DNA from: Caecitellus pseudoparvulus
Taxonomy: Eukaryota; Protista; Bigyra: Bicosoecida
DNA length: 64,000 nt
Direction: 5' to 3'
NCBI GenBank assembly: GCA_965644315.1
Contig: CBFFRQ010000088.1
Location: 62,001-126,000, forward strand
The position numbers and the translations under genes are program-made. Below, in pieces: positions 1 through 11,356 of the stretch; position 1 is the stretch's first letter; the number at the start of each line of letters is the position of its first letter. The notes under the pieces are model-generated. The model worked only from the letters and a program-made list of their open reading frames with translations, did not search any database and was not told the origin of the DNA.

Positions 1-2
1 CG

Positions 3-3000
3 CTTGCTGCAAGCGCGCGCGACCACGTGGAGCTGTCTGTAGGCTGCCCCTCCTCACCCCTGCTGGATGGCCGCGCCCCCCCCGCCATGGGACGCAGCAC
101 CGCCAAGTCCCTGGCCCTTGGCCTCCTCTCCTGCTGCGCGGCGCCGCACGCGCCTCAGTGCAGGGCCGAGGCGGAGCAGCTGCTGCCCTGCATCATGCAG
201 CACTTCCCGGGCCTCGCAGGGGGACTTGCCCAGGCGGCGTGTGACCTGCTCGTGGACGAGGCTTGTGCAGGGGTCGTCTGCGCGGTGTTCAGTGCTGCGC
301 TGCGAGCGGCTCCCGCTGCCTTTGCGGCAGGCGCTGCGGCAGCTGTTGTGGCCCAGGCAGCAGATGCACCTTGTCAACCCCACGTCCCTGCAACTGACTC
401 AGGCGTGGCGCTGGCGGTGGCGTACTTGTGCAGCGCTGCGTTGTCCTGGGGTGGCGCCTTGCCCATGGAGGGCTCCTCTGCCTTGGCAGGTGTGTGGGAC
501 GCAGCCGAGCAGGGTGAGGCGTGGCGCGCCATGCTGGGAGAGGGCCCTGCTGGAGAGCCATGGTCTTGGTTGCGCGAGGCACTGTCAGGAGCCACTGCCC
601 AGTCGATGCAGGCCTTCCGCAAGCGCAGTCCACCTGAAGCTGCCGGGCTTACCGCTTGCTGCGTCGTGGCAGCCCTGTTGAAGGAAGCAGTGCCGGCTGG
701 AACAGCGACTGCCCTGGAAGCCTTCATGCAGATGTTCTGCGTTCGTGCGGCAGGCATGGCGCGAGACCTCCTGCACAGCTTTTGCTCCGCTGGCCTGCCC
801 GTCAGCGAAGTGTTCAGCAGCTCACAGGCAGTCACGGCCAAGTGTGTCTTGTGTGCCCTGGAGCTCTCACAGCTGCTCTTCGACACCTTCCCTTCCCATA
901 AGCTCAGGAGACTTGTGAACGGGTGCGTAGCAGTCGCCATTTTGCTGCTGGGGGGTAGCTGCCGTGCTTCTGCAGAGGGCTCACCAGGGCTTTCCTGCGA
1001 GGCTTGGCGCCCACGCTTGCCACACCCTGGTGAGCACGTCCCGCATCAGCAAAGGCCTGCTGCTCAATGTTCCTCCATCCAGCTGGGTGCGTTGAACTGC
1101 ATGTCCCCACCAGAGTGTGGCGCACGCCTTGCGCTGGAGGTCTTGTCGCGGCACTTGCCCAGTATCCTCACCGACACTGTCAAGGTGCACGCGCACGGCC
1201 TGACGTTCTTGCGCATGGGGCTCATTGACGCTGCCCGGGCAGTGGGATCTCCCGGAGACTCTCTGGCAGGTGTCCCACAGTCACTGGATCCCGCTGCCCT
1301 GCCCCCCTTCAGAGACATGCTCTCCATGATCCTGGTGTACGCTGCTCACGGAATCGCGTCGCACGAGGGCGCGTCGACACCTTGGCGGGTCGGGACCCTG
1401 CACGAAGCTCTTGGTCGGCTTTGTGGGCGGCTGTTTGAAGGCCTGCTCGACGTGTACCTGGTGGAAGACGGCCCCAAGTCGCTGGAGGCGACCATGCTGT
1501 CCCTGCTCTCCTCGAAGGAAGAGGCGCTGGTGGACTTGGCAGGGCGCATCGCTGAGCTATGTGAAGCTGGCGGCTGCATCCTGAACGGCATGCCCACTGG
1601 TGGTGAGCACGTGGAAGGCATCAAGCGCGCAGCAGCTGCTGAAGTCTTCAGCTGGCGCACGGAGGTGGTGCACAGCCATATCAGGAGCTGCACAGGCATA
1701 CTAAAAGATTCCGTCTCCCAGTTCCTCTCAGCCCACGCAGGCTTTGTTGGCAGCCTGTGCCTTGCTTGTCCGCACCTGCTGCAAGGCGACGGAGTGGCGA
1801 GCTTGAGCCAAGCAGCAGCAGAACTAGGGGCCGCTCTCAGGGACTCGGCACTGCAGTACCTGCACTTGAGCTCACTCAACGCGCAGCGCTCGGTGCTCGT
1901 CGCCAGCCCTGTGTCTGCGCACAGAGCTGTCTGTGCAAGTCGTGCTTCCGCACCGCCTGCCATCAGCAAGCCTTCGCGCAAACGCGGACGGTCAAGCGCA
2001 AGTTCCTTGTCCCAGCAAGAGATCCGTCGTGGTGCTGATGCACACGAGCTGTTCGGCGTTGCATGTGCGCCGTTCATTGGGTGCCTCGAAAGCTGCAAGT
2101 GGCGCAGCAGCGACGCTCGACAGCAGCCGCTTGAACAGCTGCTTCGGGGGGCAGCGGCGTTGCAGAAGGAACTGCAAAAGGCGTGTTTCAGGTCACCCCT
2201 GCATTCGACTGGCGAGCACCGACTGACTGACGCGGCAAGCGCCGCGTCTGTCGTGCGTGAGGCGCCAGTGCTGCATGCTCCCTGGCAGCCGAAGCCTCCG
2301 TTGCAGTGTGCTGAGTGGGAAGGGCTGCCTAGGCACCCGCTGTCCCCCATGCACGTCAACTTTCAGCGCAAGGAGGCTGCGCGCCTTTTTCCTGAAGCAG
2401 GGGCGAGTGACCATGACCGCAGCGCAGAGCCCCACCCGCTGGTGAAGGAGCCGATCGCATGCACCTTGGCACGCTGCGCCGCTGACATCCGGGCGGCGGT
2501 AGTCGCGGCATCTCACACTCTTCAGTCAGGAGATGTGGTCGAGCGCCTCCCATCCCCCAAGGACCTGGCTGCTCACGTGAAAACCCTGGAATGTTGCGCC
2601 TCGTCAGCTCTGTGCGAAGGGGTGTCACGGCGCTTGCTCGAGAGTGACCCGGAGCATTCCCTTGCGACGCCGTGGATTGCCGACAACACCCTTGAACAGG
2701 CGGGGTTGGCAGCGCTGACTGTTCTCTCGTGCATCACAACAGCAGGTGTGGCTCCCAGTGTCGCTGCCTATGCAAGTCAAGAGGGCATGCAAGCCATTCA
2801 CAACGCTGCCGTTGCGTTTGCATGGGTGAACACTTGGCGCCACAGCCATCACCTGCAAGCTCTCCTGGACCGACGCCACGAGTGCCACAGCTCAAACTGG
2901 ACCGCTCTTTGCTTCATGCAAGACAAGGAGGGAGCTGAGGACTCTGCAGAAGGTGCCTCTGCCAGCCCGAAACGGCAGCGGGCCTCTGCAGCAGGAAAAG

Positions 3001-6000
3001 CTCTAGCCAAGCGGCCCGCCTCGTGCCAGCCCCGGTTCAGCTGGCTATTGCAAGTCTGCGAAGCAAGCATCCTTGCATATCCTGTGCTGAGGTCGTGGAC
3101 CTTCTGCAAGCAGCTCGCAGCTGTCGGACTTGAGTCGCTGCCAGACGACATCTCGGCCGTGTTTTCCACGCTGTCAGCGATGCTGGGCGGCTTGCTCCGG
3201 GAGCGCACAAGGAAGCAGCAGCTGGGTTCCATCCTGCACCACCATGCACCGTTGCGTGCTCCCGCAGCTTTTGCAAGCCTCAGCTCGTCCGTGCTCGCCG
3301 CCATGTGTTCATGTGCTCGCATGGCGGCCCCTTTCCAGACAGAGGAGGGAGCGCGCTCGTGGGAAACTTGGCGGGCGCAGCAGGTACCATCAGCTGGCGA
3401 TAAGTACAAAGCAGTTCAGCGACTGTCTGAGGCACTGGAGCAGCAAGCCTCAGGCGGCTCGCCGAGGACTGCCACACTGCTGTCCCATGCCGTTGCAGCG
3501 GTCTCACTCCGACTGCAACCTTGCGACGTGGACTCGTTGGCATCATTCTCCGTGGCCCAGGACACATCAAGAAGCGGCTCTCAGGCCACTGTGTCTGGCG
3601 TCGCGTGCGCTGTGGAGCAGCTCACAAGATGCTTGCGCAACTTTCGACTTGATGCGGCCTTGCGGGTGCGCCCTCACCTGGCGCGCATGCTGACGCACGC
3701 AAGAGCAGAAGCACTACCAGACTTCTTGCATCGACATGCTGAGAGTCTTGGGGGCCTCTTTACATCAACCCTCTGCTGCAACGAGTTTGCGTGCCTGGTG
3801 CTGCTGGATGTGGCAGGGGGAGGGCTCCGCGCGGCAGCGGCGGTGGATCGACGCGCCCCCGCTTGCCAAGGCGCCCCATGCCCAATGCCTGCCATTGTCT
3901 CCCCTGCTGAGCTGTTTGCAACCGCCTCCTTCAAGTGGCTTCCCTGCATTTTCACGATGCCATCCGTTTCGGCGGCCCGCGCCTGCCTGCGTGTGTTCAG
4001 CACGTTGATCACGCCTGTCTTGCTCAGCGTCGGCGTGTCCACGGACCACTGCCTGCCGAACGAATGCCAGCGGTACGTGCAAGCATCATCGAATGACGCT
4101 GTCTTGCGCACTCGTCACCGCATCCTCAGCATGCGGCAGGGCATTCAAGCATGCCATGCAATGGCCCGTATTCTGGCCACCCGCACGGGTCGCCCTGAAG
4201 AGCAGGCGAGCATGCTCCTGCTAGGGCAGGCAATGTCCAAAGGTGCCCGTGATGATGTTGGTCCAGACACAGCCCGGCAGGCTCTTCTTAGTGTGTTCGC
4301 TGAGCACTTCCCGCAGCTGTTGGAGCTGCTCGTGTGGCAGCTCGGGGAGGGGAAGGGGTCGCAGCTGTGGCAGGCCTTGCAGGCGCTGTGCATCGCTGGC
4401 TTTCAAGTCATGTCCACGGAGCGGCTGCGTGACGCCTTTCCGTCATACCTTGATGTCGAAGCCATCACAGGGGCTTTCATGGGGGCCCAAGAAAGCCAAG
4501 GCTCCAGCCGCTCGACCGGCTCGCGCAAGCGTCCAAGAGGCCGCCTTGCTGCCATCCCAGGTACGCATGACTTGAGCACTGTCATGGGCGCGTTTTCACG
4601 AAGTCCAGATTCGGAGAGTGTTGGTGGAACCGCTGCGCGTTCGAGCAAGGTTCAGTGCACGTCTCTCAGGCGGCAAGCATCCGCAATGAGCGTCGCCGAA
4701 GTCCGGGAGGCGTCTGCAGGCGCGTCCCTTTTCCTCAAACTCATGCCTTTGTTGTACCTCGCTGACGTGCGTTTCATGTCCATCTTGACTCGAGCTTGGG
4801 TGCAAGTGCTCACGAGTCGAGACTCGCTGCTCCGCAGCAAGCGCCGCGTGCTGCGATCCATGCAGCGCTTGGTGACTTGGATGCCGCCAGGCATCGCAGA
4901 TCAGCAGATGAATGCCCTGCTCTCTGTCTTGAAGATCAGCTACAAACAGCCTGCGCTCAGGGCGCTGACCTGCCATGTCTGGCTCTCTGTCGTGCAGCAG
5001 CTGTCCGCTGCAGCGCTTCGCAGGTACGCCGTGCCGTTGGTCGTCGCCATGCAGGACGCCGCCCTGTCCTCACCTGGTGAGGCGTGGGATGTCCCTATTC
5101 ACCTCATACCCTTTCGAGACATGCCAGGCTTCCTGGCGGACTGCACGCCTCAAGGCGTCGCTGCCCGCAGAGTTGTTCGCTTGCGACAGGCGATGCAGAG
5201 CATTATTCCTGCCTCTTCCCAGCTCCCAGAGGAGGCGCCCGGGCCACCAGAAGTGATAGAAAGCCCGTTCATTGCGTGGGTAATGTCCCTCCCGCGGCCA
5301 CCAGCTTCGCCTCTGGGCGTTCCGGCACACCCGTTCCGCATCCTGGATCACCCCCTGTTCCTGCGCCGGATTGCGGCCGCATGCGAACAAGGCGGGCCGC
5401 CCACCGCTCCTGTGCGTTCAGGTGCTGGCGGCCTGGATGCACACTTCTCACAAAGCCAGTCCACTGCCCTTGCGGCCCATGCTGGACTTGACGAGCACGC
5501 AGGAGGCCTGACAGAGGACAGCCTCCTGAACCACCTTGCGGTAGTGCACCTGGAGGCCCCAGCGCCCCACGCTGCCACGGCTGTGCTCATGTACATCTTA
5601 GCTTGTAGATCTGGAGACATCAAACCCATCATTCCATCGCTGCCAAGTTTGCACGGCGCACCAGCGTCCATGGGCAGCACTGTCCAGCGGCTGAAGTTGG
5701 ACTTGGATGGCACAATCTCGGACTCCAGCTGCTCTGCACTGGGCCTTCCCAGCGAGCAGCTTGTGTCCTCGTCTAAACGAGGCCGTGTCATGATGTCCTC
5801 GGTGCGCCTTCAAGTCGTCCTGAAACAAGCTGCCTCCGAGAACGGGGAGGTCGCCCTGGCTGCGCTGTCCGAGCTGCACCAGCTCTTCCACCGCAAGGAT
5901 GTTCAGTGGCGTCAACTGGTGTTGGGCGACTCAGCCTCGTCCGAGCTGCAAGATCTCTCTTCTTCTGTGTCTCAGCTTGTGCAGATGTCCCGCACAGTCG

Positions 6001-9000
6001 TGGACGACCGTGTACGCGCGGCGATTGGCCTTCGGCTCGGGCAGCTTGGCGCCATCGACCCGAGCCGCCTGGATGTCGCACTGCATGCGGCAACTCCCAC
6101 CGAGTTGTCTGAGGGCGACCTTGCTTCCCATGTCATCAGACAGTACCTGTGCCCTGGCATCTACTCGGCCACTGACACGCGCCAGCTGAACGGGTACTCC
6201 TTCTCGATGCAGGAGCTCCTGCGATTCCTCGCAGCCCTGTGTGGAGTGCTGGAGAGCAGGCTGCCCAGCGCTCGAACTGAAGGGCAAGGCATGAGCGGCG
6301 CAGCCAGCGTTGTAACAGCACGCTCCATGACCACCCAGCGACAGGCTCTGAGCGCACGTGGAGAGCTGCCCGATACCCTGCAGAGTGAGCTGCAGGACAC
6401 GGCCACAGTTTCAGCAGTGAATGCGTACTGGACGTCCTCGTTCACGCGCAATGCGAAGCATGAGCAAGCGACAGCTCTGCTCCACGGCCTACAGGAGGGG
6501 GGGGCAGTGGCGTACGTGCCGAAGTTTGAGACGTCTGCGAAGGGCACTGCGTTTGACTCCTGGTCGTCCGCCTGGTGCTCCTGGTGTATGGATGCAGTTA
6601 TCGCACTGGCATGCCACCTGCACCCCCACAAACTGCAGATCTCCAAGGGGCACATTGAACGAGACTTCCTCGCTAGCCAGAGCAGCGCGCCCTCCCGAAC
6701 TGGTGACGAGGTGACAGTGGACACTGCAGGTACTGTTCCGACACTTTCGCCAGAAACGCCTCGAGTGGTCGTCCGGGCAGCCATGTGGAAGGCTGTGCAG
6801 GTTGCCGCTGGCCACGACCAGCGCCTGCGCTTGTTTCTCCTGCCGTATGTTGTGCGGGATGTGCTGACGTTTGGGGCAGAGCACTTCAAGGCAGCCATCG
6901 TCGCAGAAGTGTTGGCAGTTCTGGAGGCAACTGCAGAAGCAACCGTGCCGACTGCCCTGCACCACAAGGCAACCCAAACCGTGTTCAACCTTCTTGACAC
7001 ATTGAGTGCGTGGAGCAACGATGTCATGGCAGATAGCCACTTCCTGGGTGGCTTCAGGATCCGCTCAGACAATGTCACCCGCGTGCGGCTGCGCAGCTTG
7101 ACACGGGCTGTGCGCCGCGGCCAGGAGTGGGTGCGCTTCTTCGTGCCGACGCTCGGACCCAACCCAACGCACAAGAACAGGACTTCATATGAGCGCAGTG
7201 ATGTGCCAGAGCACGTCATGAGTCGGCTGCATGAGATGGTGCTGCAGGAGATGCAGGCCGAGCACGCGGCAGCTGAGTGGATCACAGACCCCGCCCAGCT
7301 CCCCGTCGCTGTCATCACACAAGCTTGCCTGCAAGTGGGAGCCCATGCTCGGGCAGTGCGGTACTGGGAGCAGTTCCTTCGGACAGCTGCAGGGACCCCC
7401 TTCCAGTCTGCCGTGCAGCTCACAGGGGCTGGGAAAGAGAACCCAGTGGGTGGAGTCATGCATGGGACACTCCCGTACACACGGCCGCAGCTGGCACTGC
7501 TGCAGAAGATCTACTCCAACTTGGAAGACCCTGATGGGTTGGCGGGCGTGTCGAGCCTGCGCTCACACTTGCTGCGATCCATCAGCGATGCTCAGGAGGA
7601 CTCCACCCTACCCATGCAGTCCAGGACTGCTCTCCTGGACGTGAGTGTTGCCCACACAGGGCAAGCTGGCGCTGCTGCGGGAGACCAGGGGGTGTCGCAG
7701 GAAGAAGCCCCTGAAGGGCCTGGTGCAGCCGTACAGCAGAGCTCCCTGTCCCTGGCGCCCACTTTGCTGCAGTTGCAAGAGAACATCATTGACTTTGAGA
7801 GCGCTTTCCGTTGGGATGATGCGCTGATGGCCTATGACCAGGCCCTTGCAATTCTTCCGATTCGTGAAGGCATCCTGCACACATCGTTGTCCACTAAAAG
7901 CAGCCACTCTGTGGGAGTCCTCAGTCTCACACGTGCAAGTTGCCACGTGGGAGCGCTGCACTGCCTCATCCAGCTTGGCCAAGAGCACACGGCCTTTTTG
8001 CGTGCACAGGCAGTACTTCGGCAGTCACCCTCACTGAAAGCTGAGGTGTTCCCTGTCGCAGTTGAGCTCGCGTGGCGCCTGCAGCGGTGGCCTGACTTGC
8101 AGCGGCTGCTGGACTCCAGCTCCGCACCGAGTGGGAGGGAGCCGTATCGTGTCGCCATGGCCAGAGCAATGCTGGGGGTGTGGCAACTGCAGCAACTGTC
8201 GATGCAGCATGACTCTTCAGCGCTGAAGGCGTCCTCAGCACCTTTCAGCTTCGTGCAGGACACCAGCTGGCTCGGTGACTGGTCAGCCCTGCCAGGGCAG
8301 GGTGTCGAGGCGCACCCCAGCTCTGCAGCTGTGATGAGGCCAGGGGAACTACTGCAAGCACAGGTGCGCAGCTCTCTCGTGGTGCCCTTCCGGCCTCAGT
8401 CGCGTGCGGAGGTTTTAGAGGGCATCCACAAGTCCGTCAACAACGCCGTGCTGGATGTCATGGCTTCCCTCTCTGCAGCGGCTGCTGAGTCACACACTCG
8501 AGCATACCCGCATTTGGCACGCCTGCACTGCTTATGGGAGCTGCTGCAAGCGACAATGATTGGTCGGGAGGTCAGTGCGGAGACGTTCCCGTCCACTGTG
8601 CTGTGGCCCCAGCGGCTGCGGTGCACTCTGCCACTGCTCAGCAGCCGGGAGCCCATCCACACCCTGCGGAGGGTCATCTTCAGCATGCATGGACTGACCA
8701 ATGCCGTGGGTGACAGCCTCATTCAGTTGGCGGCAGACGCACGAGCAGCCGGCGGGCACACCACAGCCACTGCGGCTCTCCTTCGCGCAAGCCACATTCC
8801 GTCCTGCAAGACAGCAGCGCAGGTTGAGATGGCAAAGCTGATGTATTCAGAGGGTCAGCATGATCGGGCGTTGGCAATTTTGGAACCTGCAGAGATTGAT
8901 TTGGAGGCTCTTTCGAGCCGTGCTGAAGCATGTGAAGATGACAGTGAGCGAGAGCGGCTGCTCACGCCCATGCTGCTGGCGACACAGTGGCTCGCCAAGG

Positions 9001-11144
9001 GCCACCGCACTGACGAGCACATCTACGCGCGGTACCAAACTGCAACGCAGGCAGTCCGGACGTGGGAAGAGGCCTGGTACGTCATGGGGCGATTCCAAGA
9101 AGACAGGCTGGTGCTGCTCAACACCCAGCTGCACGATCTGCTGCAGACGGCTGCCGCGTCCTCCGATAGGTCACGGGAGCTGCGGGTGCAGGAGGAAAAA
9201 CTCAGCAAGCAAAGAGACGAAGCCATTGTGAAGGCGGTGAAGTTTTACGCCAAGTGCTTGTTCCAGGCCAAGCAACGGCACACCCACGAGTCGTTGCCAA
9301 AAGTCCTCACGATGTACTTTGACTACGGTGCTGCCCTGGCTCGCGCCGAGGAAGGCGCCTCCACTACCAGTGTGGTGGGCGTCACTGCAACAGGGAGTGA
9401 CAAGATCAAACGCCCCTCGTCGTCCACCTTCAGCACCCTGCACCTGATGATGAACAAACTCCGCAGCCAGATGGGCGGATTCCTGTGGATGCTCGTGGTG
9501 CCGCAGCTGGCCAGCCGCATTTGCCACCGCAACAGGGACTGCGCGACATTCCTTGTTGACACGCTGAAGAGCCTCACCAACTCCTACTGGCGGCGCATGG
9601 TGTGGACCATTGTGGGGTTGGCGAGCTCCAAGAAGGTGCGGCTACGGAAAGAGCGGGCGACGCAGGTCATCAAGCAGCTGGCGTCAGAGGACAAGGTTGG
9701 CAGTGCGTTAAAGGTCGGCAAGGCGCTGGCCTCTGCCCTCATCGCAGCTGCTGAGCTGAAGCCTGCGGATGGCGTGTCACGGGTTGAGCTGTCCATCTGC
9801 AACAAGCGCATGCTGGCAAGCGTGGACATCGCCCTGCCAACGCAGGACAACTTGATGCTGCCGCTGTCCGTTGATCCAGGGGGCAGCTTGATGGTTGCTG
9901 AGTCGGCTGTGTTGAGCACGACCTCCAACATTGTGACCATCCAGCACTTCGAGAGCGCTGGGCAGGTCATGTCCAGCAAGGAAAAGCCCAAGCGCATCAC
10001 CTGCGTGGGATCTGACGGGAAGAGGTACTACTTCTTGTGCAAGCAAGAGCGCAGGGGGGACCTGCGCAAGGATGCCCGCATGATGGAGTACTGTGTCACC
10101 TCCAACCGCCTGTGGCGGGCGTCGCCGGACTGCCAGCGACGAGGTGTGAGCATGAGCACGTACGCCGTTACGTGCCTGAACGAAGTCTGCGGGATCATGG
10201 AGTGGTTGGGCAACACGTCTGGTTTCCGTGGCGAGCTGACGAGCATTTACCGCTCTCTTGGTGAGCCTGACCCTGTGTTGACGACGCGCAACGTGCGGCG
10301 TCAGTATGAAGCCCTGCAGTCCAGCAGCGCCAGCATGGACGAAAAGGTCACCAAGTACAGGTCCAGGATCCTGCCTCGCTTCACGCCAGTCTTTCACAAG
10401 TGGTTCCTGCGCAAGTTCAGCGATCCCTCTGCTTGGTTCGAGGCGAGGTTGCAGTTCTCACGCTCAGCTGCCGCGTGGAGCATGGCGGGCCACATCATTG
10501 GCCTGGGCGATCGCCATGGGGAGAACCTGCTGCTCAATACTCGCACAGGTGCCTGCTGCCACGTAGACTTTGACTGCATTTTTGACAAGGGCCTGACCTT
10601 GAGCATACCTGAAATCGTGCCTTTCCGAGCCAGCCCCAACATGCTGGACGGTATGGGCATCACAGGCTACGAGGGAGTGTTCCGGCGAGCGTCAGAGGCC
10701 TGCATGCACACGCTGAGAGAATCACAAGGCATCCTGCTGGCACAGCTGGAGTCCTTCATCCACGACCCCTTGGTTGAGTGGAGTCGAGCTGATGGCTCCC
10801 ACTCCGCGCGGGCAGCAGCTGGCGCAGCGTCGGACGCCATTCCTCTCTCCTTGGTCGGCGGAGAACGTGTGAACTTCAACGGGGTGCGCATGGTTGCACG
10901 CATTGAACAGCGCTTGCAAGGCCACTACAACATTGGCGCTGGCTTTTCAGAAGGTGCTCGGCCGAGGCCAAGCCAGCGCTCACGGCCCGGCTCAGCGCGC
11001 GCGTCAGCCAGCGACTTGAGCAGGGCCCTGGCACCAGATGGCACCCCACTGAACGTCGCAGGCCAGGTGGACCGTCTGCTGAAAGAAGCGACGAGCGATC
11101 AGAACCTGTTGAGCATGTACATTGGCTGGATGCCTTTCCTTTGA
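3..11144 (+). CDS. ATR: ATR/Mec1-type PIKK serine/threonine kinase, at least 3700 aa. Frame is open to the left edge, so it may be 5'-truncated; first in-frame ATG is at 87.
   Basis: C-terminal PI3K-like kinase motifs SKEKPKRI, FLCKQERRGDLRKDARMME, GHIIGLGDRHGENLL, HVDFDCIFDKG and PEIVPFR. FAT-region motifs ARAVRYWEQ, LQKIYSNLEDPDGLAGV and PQLASRICH. FATC end NLLSMYIGWMPFL. The motif LGQLGAIDPSRL is ATR-like. Confidence 0.95.
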   Translation, partial: LAASARDHVELSVGCPSSPLLDGRAPPAMGRSTAKSLALGLLSCCAAPHAPQCRAEAEQLLPCIMQHFPGLAGGLAQAACDLLVDEACAGVVCAVFSAALRAAPAAFAAGAAAAVVAQAADAPCQPHVPATDSGVALAVAYLCSAALSWGGALPMEGSSALAGVWDAAEQGEAWRAMLGEGPAGEPWSWLREALSGATAQSMQAFRKRSPPEAAGLTACCVVAALLKEAVPAGTATALEAFMQMFCVRAAGMARDLLHSFCSAGLPVSEVFSSSQAVTAKCVLCALELSQLLFDTFPSHKLRRLVNGCVAVAILLLGGSCRASAEGSPGLSCEAWRPRLPHPGEHVPHQQRPAAQCSSIQLGALNCMSPPECGARLALEVLSRHLPSILTDTVKVHAHGLTFLRMGLIDAARAVGSPGDSLAGVPQSLDPAALPPFRDMLSMILVYAAHGIASHEGASTPWRVGTLHEALGRLCGRLFEGLLDVYLVEDGPKSLEATMLSLLSSKEEALVDLAGRIAELCEAGGCILNGMPTGGEHVEGIKRAAAAEVFSWRTEVVHSHIRSCTGILKDSVSQFLSAHAGFVGSLCLACPHLLQGDGVASLSQAAAELGAALRDSALQYLHLSSLNAQRSVLVASPVSAHRAVCASRASAPPAISKPSRKRGRSSASSLSQQEIRRGADAHELFGVACAPFIGCLESCKWRSSDARQQPLEQLLRGAAALQKELQKACFRSPLHSTGEHRLTDAASAASVVREAPVLHAPWQPKPPLQCAEWEGLPRHPLSPMHVNFQRKEAARLFPEAGASDHDRSAEPHPLVKEPIACTLARCAADIRAAVVAASHTLQSGDVVERLPSPKDLAAHVKTLECCASSALCEGVSRRLLESDPEHSLATPWIADNTLEQAGLAALTVLSCITTAGVAPSVAAYASQEGMQAIHNAAVAFAWVNTWRHSHHLQALLDRRHECHSSNWTALCFMQDKEGAEDSAEGASASPKRQRASAAGKALAKRPASCQPRFSWLLQVCEASILAYPVLRSWTFCKQLAAVGLESLPDDISAVFSTLSAMLGGLLRERTRKQQLGSILHHHAPLRAPAAFASLSSSVLAAMCSCARMAAPFQTEEGARSWETWRAQQVPSAGDKYKAVQRLSEALEQQASGGSPRTATLLSHAVAAVSLRLQPCDVDSLASFSVAQDTSRSGSQATVSGVACAVEQLTRCLRNFRLDAALRVRPHLARMLTHARAEALPDFLHRHAESLGGLFTSTLCCNEFACLVLLDVAGGGLRAAAAVDRRAPACQGAPCPMPAIVSPAELFATASFKWLPCIFTMPSVSAARACLRVFSTLITPVLLSVGVSTDHCLPNECQRYVQASSNDAVLRTRHRILSMRQGIQACHAMARILATRTGRPEEQASMLLLGQAMSKGARDDVGPDTARQALLSVFAEHFPQLLELLVWQLGEGKGSQLWQALQALCIAGFQVMSTERLRDAFPSYLDVEAITGAFMGAQESQGSSRSTGSRKRPRGRLAAIPGTHDLSTVMGAFSRSPDSESVGGTAARSSKVQCTSLRRQASAMSVAEVREASAGASLFLKLMPLLYLADVRFMSILTRAWVQVLTSRDSLLRSKRRVLRSMQRLVTWMPPGIADQQMNALLSVLKISYKQPALRALTCHVWLSVVQQLSAAALRRYAVPLVVAMQDAALSSPGEAWDVPIHLIPFRDMPGFLADCTPQGVAARRVVRLRQAMQSIIPASSQLPEEAPGPPEVIESPFIAWVMSLPRPPASPLGVPAHPFRILDHPLFLRRIAAACEQGGPPTAPVRSGAGGLDAHFSQSQSTALAAHAGLDEHAGGLTEDSLLNHLAVVHLEAPAPHAATAVLMYILACRSGDIKPIIPSLPSLHGAPASMGSTVQRLKLDLDGTISDSSCSALGLPSEQLVSSSKRGRVMMSSVRLQVVLKQAASENGEVALAALSELHQLFHRKDVQWRQLVLGDSASSELQDLSSSVSQLVQMSRTVVDDRVRAAIGLRLGQLGAIDPSRLDVALHAATPTELSEGDLASHVIRQYLCPGIYSATDTRQLNGYSFSMQELLRFLAALCGVLESRLPSARTEGQGMSGAASVVTARSMTTQRQALSARGELPDTLQSELQDTATVSAVNAYWTSSFTRNAKHEQATALLHGLQEGGAVAYVPKFETSAKGTAFDSWSSAWCSWCMDAVIALACHLHPHKLQISKGHIERDFLASQSSAPSRTGDEVTVDTAGTVPTLSPETPRVVVRAAMWKAVQVAAGHDQRLRLFLLPYVVRDVLTFGAEHFKAAIVAEVLAVLEATAEATVPTALHHKATQTVFNLLDTLSAWSNDVMADSHFLGGFRIRSDNVTRVRLRSLTRAVRRGQEWVRFFVPTLGPNPTHKNRTSYERSDVPEHVMSRLHEMVLQEMQAEHAAAEWITDPAQLPVAVITQACLQVGAHARAVRYWEQFLRTAAGTPFQSAVQLTGAGKENPVGGVMHGTLPYTRPQLALLQKIYSNLEDPDGLAGVSSLRSHLLRSISDAQEDSTLPMQSRTALLDVSVAHTGQAGAAAGDQGVSQEEAPEGPGAAVQQSSLSLAPTLLQLQENIIDFESAFRWDDALMAYDQALAILPIREGILHTSLSTKSSHSVGVLSLTRASCHVGALHCLIQLGQEHTAFLRAQAVLRQSPSLKAEVFPVAVELAWRLQRWPDLQRLLDSSSAPSGREPYRVAMARAMLGVWQLQQLSMQHDSSALKASSAPFSFVQDTSWLGDWSALPGQGVEAHPSSAAVMRPGELLQAQVRSSLVVPFRPQSRAEVLEGIHKSVNNAVLDVMASLSAAAAESHTRAYPHLARLHCLWELLQATMIGREVSAETFPSTVLWPQRLRCTLPLLSSREPIHTLRRVIFSMHGLTNAVGDSLIQLAADARAAGGHTTATAALLRASHIPSCKTAAQVEMAKLMYSEGQHDRALAILEPAEIDLEALSSRAEACEDDSERERLLTPMLLATQWLAKGHRTDEHIYARYQTATQAVRTWEEAWYVMGRFQEDRLVLLNTQLHDLLQTAAASSDRSRELRVQEEKLSKQRDEAIVKAVKFYAKCLFQAKQRHTHESLPKVLTMYFDYGAALARAEEGASTTSVVGVTATGSDKIKRPSSSTFSTLHLMMNKLRSQMGGFLWMLVVPQLASRICHRNRDCATFLVDTLKSLTNSYWRRMVWTIVGLASSKKVRLRKERATQVIKQLASEDKVGSALKVGKALASALIAAAELKPADGVSRVELSICNKRMLASVDIALPTQDNLMLPLSVDPGGSLMVAESAVLSTTSNIVTIQHFESAGQVMSSKEKPKRITCVGSDGKRYYFLCKQERRGDLRKDARMMEYCVTSNRLWRASPDCQRRGVSMSTYAVTCLNEVCGIMEWLGNTSGFRGELTSIYRSLGEPDPVLTTRNVRRQYEALQSSSASMDEKVTKYRSRILPRFTPVFHKWFLRKFSDPSAWFEARLQFSRSAAAWSMAGHIIGLGDRHGENLLLNTRTGACCHVDFDCIFDKGLTLSIPEIVPFRASPNMLDGMGITGYEGVFRRASEACMHTLRESQGILLAQLESFIHDPLVEWSRADGSHSARAAAGAASDAIPLSLVGGERVNFNGVRMVARIEQRLQGHYNIGAGFSEGARPRPSQRSRPGSARASASDLSRALAPDGTPLNVAGQVDRLLKEATSDQNLLSMYIGWMPFL

Positions 11145-11356
11145 GTGGCGGTGGGGTGGCGGTGGGATGCGGTACACCCACTCTCCCGTCTAAAATTTGA
11201 CCCCGAATGCACCCATCGCCCATGAAGCGATGTGTTTGTATGCGCCTCCTCAGGCGACAGCTCGGCCACTACACTCAACGCTCTTGCCTGCCTCCCCACT
11301 GACCCAGGCGCTGTGCAGGCCAGTGGCTTCGGTGCCTCGCTTTGCTCGTGAAAGCG

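Noticed and set aside
6161-7480. Many long antisense or alternate-frame ORFs (for example 6161-7480, 23834-25126, 26354-27691, 57246-58394)
   Set aside because: These are expected shadows of real genes in GC-rich DNA, with no recognisable motifs.
11145-11170. Short tandem GTGGCGGTGGG repeat after the ATR stop
   Set aside because: Only two copies; not telomeric, CRISPR-like or mobile-element-like.
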